From: Octopus vulgaris
Lineage: Eukaryota
Direction: 5' to 3'
Length of the DNA stretch: 64,000 nucleotides
NCBI GenBank assembly: GCA_951406725.2
Contig: OX597814.1
Coordinates: 109,368,001-109,432,000, forward strand
Shown here: piece after piece, positions 51,739-64,000 of the stretch
How positions within the stretch are numbered: the stretch's first letter is position 1
Layout of the letters: the number at the start of each line of letters is the position of its first letter
Notes under the pieces: model-generated
Seen by the model: the letters and a program-made list of their open reading frames with translations, nothing else
Told to the model about the DNA's origin: nothing
Databases searched by the model: none
Program-made: the position numbers and the translations under genes

Positions 51739-53288
51739 CTGAAAGAGAGAGACAGAGAGATTGTGATTCATTTCCCAGACATCAAATAATAATGAAGAAT
51801 TAATATCTAATACCATATTCAAAGTATATAAAATGTCCTTTTTCCCCACTCACCAAAAAATGTATTAAAAAAAGAAATCACCCCAAGTGTGGCTGTGTGG
51901 TAAGAAGCTTGCTTCCCACCCACAGGGTTCTGGGTTCAATCCCATTGCATGACACCTTGGGCAAGTGCTTTCTACTATACCCTCAGGCTAACCAAAACCT
52001 TATGAGTGGATTTGGTAGACGGAAACTGAAAGAAGCCTATTGTATATGTGTGTATGTGTGTGCATGTAGATGTTTCTTTGTGCCTATGTTCATCCCCTAC
52101 CCATTTCTTTACTACCCACAAGGGGCTAAACACAGAGAGGGCAAACAAGGACAGACAAATGGATTAAGTCGATTATATCAACCCCAGTGCGTAACTGTTA
52201 CTTAATTTATCGACCCCGAAAGGATGAAAGGCAAAGTCGACCTCGGCGGAATTTGAACTCAGAACGTAACCACAGACGAAATACCACTAAGCATTTCACC
52301 CGGCGTGCTAATGTTTCTACCAGCTCGCCACCTTTATCCCCAACCACTGCTTGACAACCAGAGTTGGAGTGTTTATGCCCTTGTAACTTAGCGGTTCAGT
52401 AAAAGAGACCGAGAAAATAAGTGCTGAAGTCAATTCATTTGACTAAAAATCCTTCAACACAGTGCTCCAGTATGGCAGCAGTCTAATGACTGAAGCAAAT
52501 AAAAAGGCCCTGTATGCAAACCTGCTTTAAATATTTGAAGCTTTAATGCACTAAAAAATTTTTTTTGTGTTTTTGTGTTTACCTGAATAAATGCTGTTCA
52601 AAGTGACATGTCTAATATGCCTGTGCAACTTTTATGCCATCAAATATGCTTTCCATGCTGGTATGGGTTGGACGATTTGACTGAGGACTGGCAAGCCAGA
52701 AGGCTGCAGCAGGCTCCAATCCGATTTGGCAAAGTTTCTACAGTTGGATGCCCTTTCTAACGCCAACCACTCCAAGAGTGTAGTGGGTGCTTTTTATGTG
52801 CCACTGGTACAAAGGCCAGTCAGGCGGCACTGGCAACAACCATGCATGAATGATGCTTTTTACATGCCACCGGCACAGGAACCAATCAGGTGGCACTGGC
52901 AACGATCATGCTCGAATTGTGCTTTTTATGTGCCACCGTCAATTAATCTTTCAGAAGAATATTGGTTTCAAATTTTGGCACAAGGCCAGCAATTTTGGGG
53001 GAGGTGGTGGGGGAGTCAATTACATCGACCTCAGTGCTCAACTAGCACTTATTTTATCAATCCCAAAAGGTTGAAAGGCAAAGTCAACCTTGGAAGAATT
53101 TGAACTCAGAATGTAAAGACAGATGCAATGCCGCAAAGCATTTTGTCTGGTATGCTAATGAGTCTTCCAGTTTCTCACCTGATCTTTCAAAAGAATATTA
53201 AAAAAAAAAAATAAAGGAATGTACAATAATTATTAGGCAAAAGTTAAAAGCATAAATTTCAAGATGGAAACCTAATTGATATACACAC

Positions 53289-53375
53289 CTCTCCATACCG
53301 TTGAGTTTTGACATTCCATTTGCAAAGTCTGTTACCATCATAGGCATAAGAATCTGTTGTATCTCCAACACCATT
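53289..53375 (-). CDS. RNF123: RNF123 exon 5, SPRY ([29 protein letters not shown])
   Basis: GVGDxxxSYAYDG SPRY motif; tacag/GTGTGT. Confidence 0.97.
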
Positions 53376-53574
53376 CTGTAAGATATAATGTGACATGAAG
53401 TCATATTCTATATATTTGTAGGAATAATGAAATAAAGGATCAGAGGGTAACATAACAGAGAGGGCAAAAGAAAAAAAAAATCACAAAAAAGTAGAATGTG
53501 AGGGAAACTACTAGTGCCCCAGCATGGCCACAGTTCAATGACAGAAAGAAATAGAAGATAAAAAAAATACTTGC
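53376..53574 (-). other. GC-AG intron of RNF123
   Basis: GAG|GCAAGT donor; the GT 4 nt downstream would shift the frame. Confidence 0.88.
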
Positions 53575-53660
53575 CTCTTGAAAAAACTGACAATTTATGG
53601 TACACCAGCCCACCTGCATCACACCTTTTGAACCCAACATCAGTTCGTAGATCCATTTAC
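53575..53660 (-). CDS. RNF123: RNF123 exon 4, SPRY (KWIYELMLGSKGVMQVGWCTINCQFFQE)
   Basis: ttcag acceptor; GC donor GAG|GCAAGT; KWxYE...GxMQxGW SPRY motif. Confidence 0.95.
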
Positions 53661-54482
53661 CTGAAAGAAATTCATTTTGGAATAATTTTGGTTAAAGCAA
53701 GAAGAAAATCGGACATTTCGCTTTCATAGATATTTCTCCTAGAGGGGAATGGAATGAGGTATATGTGGTTAATTTTGCTTTGAAAAGGTATTAGTTAGCA
53801 AAAGGTGTATCTTCTTTAGTATCATGTCAACCTTGATCAAATAGAGATATAGTGAAATACATTCCAACCATGACCATCCCACCTTTTTCAGCCATAGTCC
53901 AGTTTTAAGGTAGTAGAGTGTGATTTGAGGAAGATTTGACTGCTATTTCTGGCTAATTAGCTAGTGATCAAGAATCTGTACACTGAAATGATAACAGGGG
54001 CTGTTTTGGGGAGATAAGTGAACCTTCTGATTTGTGAGGGTCTGGCATAGAAAATCTTTAGACAAAGAAGCAAAATGTAGTCTTAGTGAAAGCACAGGGC
54101 TAAGTGGTTTGATTATTTTGGCTCATGACTGTAAGGTCACGAGTTCAATACCTAGCAGAGTATTGTGGCCCTGAGCAAGACATTGTATTTCATGCTGCTC
54201 CAGTCCACTAAGCTGGTAAGAATGAGTTGTACCTGTATTTCAAGGGGCCAGCCTTGTCACATTATGTACCAAGCTGAATCTCCCTGAGAGCTATGTTAAG
54301 GGTACATGTATTTGTGGAGTGCTCAGCCACTTGTACATTAATTTCAAGAGGCAGTTATTCCGTCATCACAACTGATGGAGTACCAGTTATATATATATAT
54401 ATATATATATAACTGGTACTCTATATATATATATATATGTATATTGATAGAAATGGTAAGACAACAAAAGAATGAAAGAGAC

Positions 54483-54536
<54 letters not shown>

Positions 54537-55107
54537 TACCTCCATCTTTCTCCCCCTCCCTCCTTCACCATTTTCTATGTCTTTCTCTCTGCCCCCACTT
54601 TCTCTCTCTCTCTCTCTCATTGCTCACACGTGACCATCGTCCACCTTTCTTTTTCTCATGTGGACATTCAAAAGAGTAGACGATATTTGTCATGGACATT
54701 CAAAAGAGTAGACGATATTTGTCTCTCTCATCTATCTTTTCTTTTTCCAAAGAAAATATTTCTCCCAGCAGTTACTATTTTCCTCTCATTCTGGTCTAAC
54801 AACTCTCCATGTTTGTTTCCATTTGGTTTCCTTGTATGTCTCCATGGTCATGTTTTTGTTCCCAACTTTGACCCTCCAGAAATCCTAAATTCTATTTTAG
54901 AATTTATGGGGGCAACTGTCTTTGAAGACTCATATTGTCGTTGAATGCTCGAAATGAGGAGTAAGTAGACAGCTGACAATTGATGAAGGGTCCTTTTTCT
55001 GTGTGTACTTGTCCTGTTTACCCTTTTTTTCTTGTTGTTTAGACATTTAACTCTTTTGTTTACATACTTCATGTTATTTGAACAGTTGGTAACATCCTGT
55101 ACCCATA

Positions 55108-55177
<70 letters not shown>

Positions 55178-56174
55178 AAAGAACATGTTGCACCTAGAAC
55201 CAGTCGTGAGTTGGATCTACAGCTTAAATTGCATTTGGTACTTACATATCTATAGAATCCTACAAATATATGATACCTTCATGGTTGTTTTACTACACTG
55301 TGAATGAAAAGTACAAACCAAGGCTTAACAAACTTTAACGGAGTACAAACACAAATAACTATTCACACAAAAAACTCATTCTGTCACTTTTCATGAGAAA
55401 GCTACACAGCTAATACCTAAATTTTAGCCTCTGCACTACATACAAACGATTCCTGTCTCTCACCAGACAAATTAAATTTGGAGTGCCTTGATTACAACTA
55501 AACATTTTCACTCAACCATGTTGGCCTCATTTTAGGTGCAAAATACACTGTCACATGACACTAACAATGGACGTAGCAGGAAGGAAACATACAAAAGGTT
55601 ATAAACTTAATCATGTGTCATTCTCTACAAACACTTGAGAGAAAACATTCAGAGCATTGATGTATATGTATAATTATAAATAGGGCAAATTTTAACCATT
55701 TCTCCACAGACTGAAAAAATGATGAACAACCTTTATTGATTTTCGAACCTTATTGTGTTCTCATCAGAGGTGTCTACATCATTCTGACAGTCTCCAGAGA
55801 AACAAGCAGTCAAACTGTTTATATACTCAACAGATGCAGCAGTTACTCTATGAAGGAGTCCCTAATTTGCATACCTGAAGTGTAGGGGTTCCAAACAGTT
55901 TGTCTATCAGTTCAATGCAGAAGCCAGTGGTCAGCCCAAGGCCACAGTAGAAGCCACTTGCTCAAGTTGTCACACAATGAATAGAACTTTAGACCATTTG
56001 ATGACAAAGTAAACTCAACAACCACACAGTCATACCAATACCTAGCCACAGCCTGCACTCACACTAGCAGTAAAATACTGCAATTTCAAACCTGTCTTAA
56101 TCAAACAACCATAACACTTAAACAACTAATAATAAATCTCTGAGCGAGGTATAAACAGTAGCTGCAACACATCA

Positions 56175-56396
56175 TGAAGTATTTTTGCCACTTAAATGTG
56201 GTTAACCCTTAAGGGTGGATGCTACTGTAGCTTGTAGCCCCAGGAAGGCACCTCCTCCAGCTGGTTATTGACATACTTTCTGTGCCCTATGATAGTGTGT
56301 CAATAGCCAGCTGGAGGAGGTGTCCTCCTGGGGCTACAAGCTACAGTAGCATCCACCCTTAAGGGTTAGCCACATTTAAGTGGCAAAAATACTTCA
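56175..56396. repeat. ~105 bp inverted repeat with a ~10 nt spacer
   Basis: tgaagtatttttgccacttaaatgtgg... / ...ccacatttaagtggcaaaaatacttca, few mismatches. Confidence 0.9.
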
Positions 56397-56520
56397 CTTA
56401 AACAACTATTTTAAAGAAAATACCAAACACAACAGTTTATCCTTTGATATACAATATACTTTCATATTCCCTTTTCTCATTCAAACAGACACATCCAATA
56501 ATAATAATAATAATGATAAT

Positions 56521-56848
56521 AAAAATGTGGCATCTCAAGGCATCTACAGAACCAGTGATTGTAGGAGCTCTAGGAATGATAAAAAAAGGTACTGATACCA
56601 GGCTTACCATCCCTACAGGAAGTGCAAAAAATCGTGTTAACTTGAATGGCTCATGTACTGAGAAGAGCATTATAGCTGTGAAAACAACATGCATTCATGA
56701 ATTCATTTATTTATTAATTTTCTAAATACATATTTTACCTGTGAATTTGCATGTGTAATCTGGGAATGCATACAATGAGCTTCTCTGCCCTAGGTGTACG
56801 GAAAACACTTGGCAAGAAATGGAAGAAAATTTGAAGAAAGAAGGAAAA

Positions 56849-56850
<2 letters not shown>
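56521..56850 (+). mobile_element. 5'-truncated Dong/R4-type LINE 3' end (third family) between (TAA)n tracts; related 3' UTR piece at about 2530-2630
   Basis: KMWHLKASTEPVIVGALGMIKKGTD; shared tgccctargtgt...acacttggcaagaaat tail. Confidence 0.75.
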
Positions 56851-56883
<33 letters not shown>

Positions 56884-56893
56884 AAATTATTAC

Positions 56894-56948
56894 CTTTATA
56901 AACACAACAGTTTGCTCGAATTGAACTGAAGTTACTTAGGCTTGACAC
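56894..56948 (-). CDS. RNF123: RNF123 exon 3, SPRY start (VSSLSNFSSIRANCCVYKG)
   Basis: tacag/GTAATA; SNFxxIRxxxCVYKG SPRY motif. Confidence 0.95.
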
Positions 56949-57733
56949 CTGTAGTTAAAAAAAACAAGATTCTTATTTTATTTAAGAGAAAAGTCATTCA
57001 TCAATGAAATACATTTAGAAGTTCATAACTATAAGGTGTTAATTTTAAAACAACCACCCACAACCTCATCATCATCATCATTGTCCTCATTTAACATCTG
57101 TCTTCCTTGCAGACGTGGATGAGACAGTTTGACAGAATCCAACAAGCAGGAGCACTACATCAAGCTCCAATGTCAGCTTTCGTATGGTTCTTACAGCTGG
57201 ATGCCCTTCCTAATGCAAACCACTTAACAGAGTGAACTGGGGGGGGGGGTGCTTTTTTACATGGCATCAGCAATAGTGAGGTTGCCAAGTAATTTACAAG
57301 ACAAACAAGCATAAAATCTCTAAATTAAGGTGTCGAGCTTGTAGACGCATTAGAGCATTGGCAAAAGTGCCATGTGTTATTTGTTCCAGCTCCTGGTGTT
57401 CTGAGTTCAACTTTACATTTCATCCCTCTTAACTTAATAAACTAAAGTACCAGTCAAGTACTGGGGTGTGGAAGTACTGGCTCCTGTGCAAGTGCCACAT
57501 TAAAAACATTTGAGCATGGCCGCTGCCAGTACCGCCTGACTGGTCCTCATGCCAGTCGCACATAAAAGCACCCACTACACTCTTGGAGTGGTTGGCATTA
57601 GGAAGGGCATCCAGCTGTAGAAAGTCTGTCAGATCAAGATTAAAGCCTGGTGCAGCCATCTGGTTTGCCAGTCCTCAGTCAAATTGTCCAACCCATACCA
57701 GCATGGAAACCGGACGTTAAACGATGATGATGA

Positions 57734-57781
<48 letters not shown>

Positions 57782-60423
57782 CATAAGATTTTGGTTTCAA
57801 TTCCTGGACCAGATGATGTTCTTAAGCAACAAACTTCATTTCACATCACTCTAGTTCACTCAGCTGGTGAAAATGAGTAATCGAGCGACTGAACAGCGTC
57901 CAGTCCAGGGAAGAATAATGTCAGAGAAACCTGAGAACTAGGCCTATACTCCTTAGGGAGTAATGGAGACTAACCAAGTACTGTGACTGACAGTATCAGG
58001 AAACCTTGCCTCTTGAAGTTGCTGGTCTTGCACCTAAATTAGCAACCATTATTTTATGAAGGTGATTATCTGGCAGAATCGTTAGAGGGTCAGATGAAAT
58101 GCTTTGTGGTATCTGTTCCACCTCTTTATGTTTCTGAGTTCAAATCCTGCCAAAGTTGACAGTTTTTCATACCAGTGGATGAGGGTGTCGATGCTATCCA
58201 CTAACTCTCTCTCTCTCCCATCTGGAAATTGCTGGCATTGTTCCTAAATTAGAAATGATTATTAAAGGCAGCAAGTAGGCAGAATTGTTAGAGTGTTGGA
58301 AAAATGCTTTGCTATATTTGCCCCAACTCTCTAAGTTCGAATTTCATGATGGTCAATTTCGCCAGAAGTCAATAATCCTCCTCATAAACAAACAACAATC
58401 AATATAATTTAAACAATCCTATTAATTGTATAACTCCATAACCCCCCCCCCACACACACACACACACACACTTTAATAATACTCTAGTCAAAATTATTGA
58501 TTCTGAAATCAGAGCCTCTACATGAGCTTTAGGTAATCAAAATTGAAATAAATAAATAGGTAATTTTACTAAAAAAAACAATAATAAACCAAAAATTCGA
58601 TATATATTAACATTCCTCATAAATAATAAATTAATAATACCCATTCTATGAGACCCCTCCCAATAACAATAAACATAACTGTAATGGTAAAGAAGCACTG
58701 ACTGTATATAACATTATCTATACACCAACCTGTAGTCACAATAGACTTAAAATACCAGTGATTTACTGGGGTCAATGGTATTAACTAACACCCTCCCCTC
58801 TGAATTACTGGTCTTGGACCTAAATCAGTGTTTGTGCTCCCCCCCCCCCACTGCTTGAAAACCAGTGTTAGTTTGCTTATGTTTCTGTAATTTATCAATT
58901 TGGCAAAAAGAGATGTAAATTAGAAACCACTGTTATATAAAGGGGGCAAGCTGGCAGAATTGAAAGAAGGTCAGTTGAAATGCTTTGGTTGGTCTGAGGC
59001 TTTAGAAGAGTGGCTCCCAAACTATATTGGGCTGCTACCCACTTGACACCCAGACTACATTCCTAGTGCCCCTGCCCCAACTAACCATTGCAAACATAGA
59101 CCTCTTTCTAAAGCAAATTCACAGCAATTGTATTTCACAAATAAAACTTAACCTAATGAACCCATTATTTTGTTGTTTTTACATGAATCGCTACCCCATT
59201 ATTGCCCCACTTTCCTTCAATGCCCCCTTGGAACTTTCCACCACATCCAGTGGGGCAATACCACCCAGTTTGGGAACCACTATTTTACAAGAAGACACTC
59301 GGCCAAAGTGCCATGCAGTGGGATTGAACCGAGAACCATGTGGTTAGGGAGTGAACTTCTTACCACAAAGCCAAGCCTGCACTTATGTTGAAGACAATAC
59401 AGAAGAATGGTTTCATTTGACAACTCAGACTATTTGTGCAATCACAAATCAATTTTGAAATAAAAATTCTTTGTTGTTGTCTTTAGTTTGTTAATTGTTT
59501 TTTCTCTCACCCCTGGCATACACCTATGCCAGGGGTGTAACGAGCCCACTTATGCGTACTTTTCCTTCATGGACACTAAAGTCTGCTTGCGAAGACCTGT
59601 TGAGGCAAGTGAAATCGAAATCAAATTTGATTACTGGCATCCGTGCTAGTGGAGCGCTAAGAGCACCATCTGAGTGTGATCGTTGCCAGAGCGGCTAACT
59701 GGCCTCTGTGCCGGTGGCATGTAAAAAGCACCATTCAAGCGTGATCGTTACCACCGTCGCTTTACTGGCACTTGTGCTGGTGGCATGTGGAAAAACATTC
59801 AAGCAAGGTGGTTGCCAGTGCCACTGGACTGGCTCCTGTGCAGCTGGTACATAAAAAACACAATTTGAGCGTGGCTGTTGCCAGTACTTCCTGACTGGCC
59901 CTTGTGCCGGTGGCATGTAAAAGCACCTACTACACTCTCGGAGTGGTTGGCGTTAAGAAGGGCATACAGCTGTAGAAACTCTGCCAGATCAAGATTGGAG
60001 CCTGGTGCCACTATCTGGTTCGCCAGACCTCAGTCAAATCGTCTAACCCATGCTAGCATGGAAAGCGGACGTTAAACGATGATGATGATGATGATGATGA
60101 TGATGTTGGGGGAAGGTTTCCAATAAAGCCATGTATTTTTGTCTTTCTACAATCTGATTGTTTTGACTAAACTGAAGTAAATTATCAGAGCTGCGAGATA
60201 TCACACCATTTATTAATCATCCAATCAACTCAGTGCTTTTCTATCAATCCTCTTTGTTTGTAATTTGTCGCTATGTTAGTGTCAAGTGGCTAGCCAAAGG
60301 TACACCGCAGTGATTACGATAGGACAATATCACACACACACACACACACATACACGCACACACACAAATGCACACACAGATGATTGTTCATTGAATCACA
60401 AACAACAATATCTATACACTCAC

Positions 60424-60521
60424 TCCTAATCTATCTGGCTCAACTGCAAGAGTCCGTGCACTCCCAGAATTCTCAAACAGAACTTCAGAACAACCCAAAC
60501 GTCCTTCGGTAGTTGACACCT
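60424..60521 (-). CDS. RNF123: RNF123 exon 2 (EVSTTEGRLGCSEVLFENSGSARTLAVEPDRLG)
   Basis: tacag/GTGAGT splice sites; EGRLG motif as in human RNF123; phase 1 to 0. Confidence 0.9.
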
Positions 60522-60764
60522 CTGTAAAAAGAATTGGAAAAAAAAGAATTAAAATTCAAATAGGCAAAAAATAAAAATAAAAAAAAAAAAACACTTTTAG
60601 GAAAACAAAATAGTATTAAAAAAATAATGGCATAACTTTTAAAACAGTGTAAAGCCAAAAAACAAGTCTATTTTAAATGTGGTTTGAAATCTGTATAAAA
60701 TTTTAAATGTTATTTGTATAATGTTCAATGTTTTGAAAACAACTTCAAAGCTTATTGTAGTTAC

Positions 60765-60815
<51 letters not shown>

Positions 60816-61159
60816 TGATAATAATAATAATAATAACAACAACAACAAGGCAACACCAACATCCTCTCAACGATTAGCTGGAGATGATTTTTAAAATGAG
60901 AATGAACCCAACCACTCTCAAAAATTAAGCAAAAAACTGGAAAAATAATTCAGAATCCTTGTCCAGTACCGGATCGAGCCCAGAATCTAATTAGTTTGTG
61001 CCAGTCATGAGGCCAAACATCCCTGACAGTTTCATCCGAATCCGTCCAGCAGTTCTTGAGATATCTTGTCCATGGATGAACGAACAAACAAACACAACTG
61101 AAAACAATACCTCTGCCTTCACTAAAGGCAAAAGTAATAATAATAATAATAATAATAAC

Positions 61160-61372
61160 ACAAAATACCTTCTATGTAATCTCAAGTTTTAAAACAAACA
61201 TAATTTTCTTATGGTTTCTTAAACATTCACTAGTACAACACTAAGTACAAAACCAAATATATGGCACCCTAGGCATAACACCAACATGAACTTCCAACTT
61301 GTTGTCTCTTGAGGCCTCTGAGTGAGACTTGGAGCCAACTTGTACAAATGTAAAGCAAAAGTCAAACATAGA
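61160..61372 (+). mobile_element. Short 3' end copy of the Dong/R4 element at 1-1417, within (TAA)n
   Basis: Closely matches 1200-1417 (ctatgtaat...gcaaaagtcaaacataga); TAA repeats on both sides. Confidence 0.9.
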
Positions 61373-62384
61373 ATAATAATAATAATATTTTCAACTTAAA
61401 TCTTAACTAACTATTGATATTCATGTCCATATTTTCCACTGTTCCCTATAACACAGGCTGAGAATACAGACATATTATTGGATTTTTTAAACACAAATAC
61501 ATAAAGTTTCATTTTGAATTTTTTTTTTTTTTTTTGGGGGGGGTGCAGGTCAGGGAATACTAGTTACATAAGCATTATCTTTTTTCACCCGCTATCTTTC
61601 TCCTTCTTTCCATTCTCTCCCCCACTCCCATGTATCAATCTTGAATTGAATAATTTATGATATGAAAGTCCATTCAAGATTAAACGTACACCCTGCAAAT
61701 TGTACAAAAATTAAACGACATTACACAAATCCTATTTGTGAATGTCACTGGCTTACAGGATGCATAAAAAAAAAAAGAATCTCCTCCATTTTATAGGTTG
61801 GCAAACATTCTGAAAGCAACTGCAGTGTGCACTGGTTCAAATCATGGTGGTGACTGACTCCCCCCCTCCAAAAAATCTTTACATGAAAACATCCTTACCA
61901 TCTGCCTAACTTCATTGGCACCACACAAACGGCCAAGTAAAATATGGGAGGGTTTTCTGTGACACCCTTTTTACCCTCTTCTATCTATCTTCTACTTGTT
62001 TCAGTCATGTGACTGTGGCTATGCTGGGGCACTGCCTTGAAGAATATTTCGTCAATTGACTCATCCCCGTACTTATTTTTCTTTAAAGCCTGGTACTTAC
62101 TATATCAGTCTCTTTTGCTGAACAGCTAAGTTACGGGGGATGTAAACACACCAACACTGGCTGTCAAATGGTGGTGACAAACAGAAAGATATACAACCAT
62201 ATATATGTAAGGCTTCCTTTCAGTTTCCGTCTACTAAATCCACTGACAAGGCTTGGTCAACCTGAGGCTCTAGTGGAAGACACTTGCCCAAGGTGCCACA
62301 CTGTGGGACTGAACCCGGAACCATGTGGTTGGAATGTAAGCTTCTTACCACATAGCCACACATGTACCTATGTTGAAAAAGTAA

Positions 62385-62837
62385 TTATCTGTACATTATT
62401 TACATTTGATGGATATTTGTCCTCATCTTGTCCGTTGTTAACACAACGTTTCAGCTGATATACCCTCCAGCCTTCATCAGGTGTCTTGGGAAAATTTTGA
62501 ACCTCGGTTCTCATTTCTAAGGTATTTTTCAATGTTATTATTATTATTATTATTATTATTTAGGTCACTGCCTGGAATCGAACTCGGAATGCTGGAGTTA
62601 GTAGCCCGTGCTTTTAACCACTACGCCATATGGCGTAGTGGTTAAGAACATGGGCTACTAACCCCAAGATTCCGAGTTTGATTCCAGGCAGTGACCTGAA
62701 TAATAATAATAATAACATCGAATGAGAACCCAGGTTCGAAATTTCCCCAAGACACCTGATGAAGGCTGGAGGGTATATCAGCTGAAATGTGTTAACAACA
62801 AACAAAATGAGGACAAACATCCGTCAAATGTAAATAA

Positions 62838-62840
<3 letters not shown>
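62385..62840. mobile_element. Head-to-head pair of a tRNA-headed, hammerhead-bearing short repeat; other copies 6588-6812 (+) and 30185-31058, and a 3' tip at 12580-12630
   Basis: Palindromic junction aaccactacgccat|atggcgtagtggtt; A/B boxes; CTGATGA...GAAA core in each arm. Confidence 0.85.
62440..62485 (-). ncRNA. Minimal type I hammerhead ribozyme motif
   Basis: GACAC-CTGATGA-A-GGCTG(gagggtatat)CAGCT-GAAA-CG-TT-GTGTT; stems I and II pair; palindromic AACGTT stem III. Confidence 0.72.
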
Positions 62841-62878
<38 letters not shown>

Positions 62879-62984
62879 GTCATGCTGGACTGCTGATATC
62901 TACAAGTTTCTTTCATTTTCTCTCTCTGTTTATTGTCTCTTATTCCTTTCTGTTGAACATCTTTGTAAATACATCCATTCGCTG

Positions 62985-63023
<39 letters not shown>

Positions 63024-63185
63024 ATAAAACTCCCATCATATTTTTAGAATTAAATATTATTAGAGAATTGTATAAAGAAAATTGAAACATTTTGTGTATA
63101 GTAGAATTATAACCAATTTATTACACACAAATTTCAATACACAAAATTCTTATATGGACCCTGGTTGAGAACTACTGATCTACAT

Positions 63186-63319
63186 CAGTGCTCCATAACC
63201 AGTATGCTGCAGCACACTGGTGTGCCACGAGACAATACTATGTTTTTAGGTCAGGTGTGCCGCTGAATTCCAAAAAGAATACAAGTGTACCACAAGTGAA
63301 GAAATGTTGCAGAGCACTG
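63186..63319. mobile_element. Short hAT-like MITE; a similar type at about 59008-59262
   Basis: CAGTGCTC...GAGCACTG termini; imperfect 8-bp flanks atctacat / ttctgcat. Confidence 0.6.
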
Positions 63320-63578
63320 TTCTGCATCGATGGTATACGACTGAATGAGTAAATAGGTGAATTGATGAATTTTTGTTTGTATTTATCTGAAATTGATTAT
63401 GAAAAAGGTGACGGAAAAAAAAGCTCTGGGTGTATTCTTAAACTGAAGAGTAACAGGGGGAAAAAAAAAAAATTCTGTAGTCGTTGCTACTAAATGTTCC
63501 ACCCCACTTATTTAATGGCAAAACTACCTTTGCATTTAATCTTTCGTATTACAAATAGAGATAAAGAATTTGGATTAC

Positions 63579-63658
63579 CTGCTGCTTTCTCAGCTGTAAC
63601 CACGGCATCCAATGTCCTGTCTATGTATTCTTGAAGATTGAATAAAGTGAGGCTTTTT
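63579..63658 (-). CDS. RNF123: RNF123/KPC1 coding exon 1 of 24 in window (KSLTLFNLQEYIDRTLDAVVTAEKAA)
   Basis: tttcag acceptor and GTAATC donor; phase matches next exon; resembles the recalled human N-terminal segment KPLNFQNLPEHLDQLL. Confidence 0.8.
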
Positions 63659-64000
63659 CTGAAAGAAGAGTAATTAAACAATAATTAGATCATCAGGCAC
63701 TGGCATGGCTGTATGGTAAGAAGTCTCCTTTGCAACCATATGGTTTTGGATTCAGACCCACTGTGTAGAACCTTAGGTAATTGCTTTCTACCATAGTATT
63801 GGCCTGACTAAAGGCTTGTGAGTGGACTTGGGACACTGAAACTGAAAGAAGCCCATCATATTTGTGTGTGTGTGTGTTTGTCCCCCCCCCCACCACCACT
63901 TGACAACCTGTGTTGGTGTGTTTATGTTCCTATAACTTAGCAGTTCAGCAAAAGAAGCAACAGAATAAGTCTGAGACCCCCTTTGGTCATGACACTGACC

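Noticed and set aside
62631-62700. Possible genuine tRNA gene
   Set aside because: Acceptor stem incomplete and always attached to the same repeat body; treated as a SINE-type head. The same holds for the other A/B-box heads

Overview
AT-rich, repeat-dense eukaryotic genomic DNA. The SINE, LINE and microsatellite content suggests a coleoid cephalopod, probably Octopus (inference). The whole window lies inside one minus-strand gene, the E3 ligase RNF123 (KPC1). I read 24 internal coding exons (63658 down to 3187, 2339 nt, about 779 codons). All are phase-consistent and they cover the SPRY domain and the central region; the first exon(s) and the RING end lie outside the window. Three introns are non-standard: one GC-AG, one canonical U12 AT-AC, and one U12 intron that appears to have AT-AT termini. 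The introns hold a near full-length and a truncated RTE LINE, both with a PHD-type zinc finger inserted inside the RT, and several Dong/R4 LINE 3' ends sitting in (TAA)n. They also hold a deleted mariner, MITEs, many tRNA-derived SINEs, and Penelope-like remnants that form fold-back inverted repeats next to (TA)n and carry type I hammerhead ribozyme motifs. The most striking item is a short non-coding repeat family that joins a tRNA-like Pol III head to a minimal hammerhead and inserts in Penelope-style inverted arrangements. It is a candidate Penelope-mobilised SINE/retrozyme. All family assignments come from reading motifs by eye; no database search was run.
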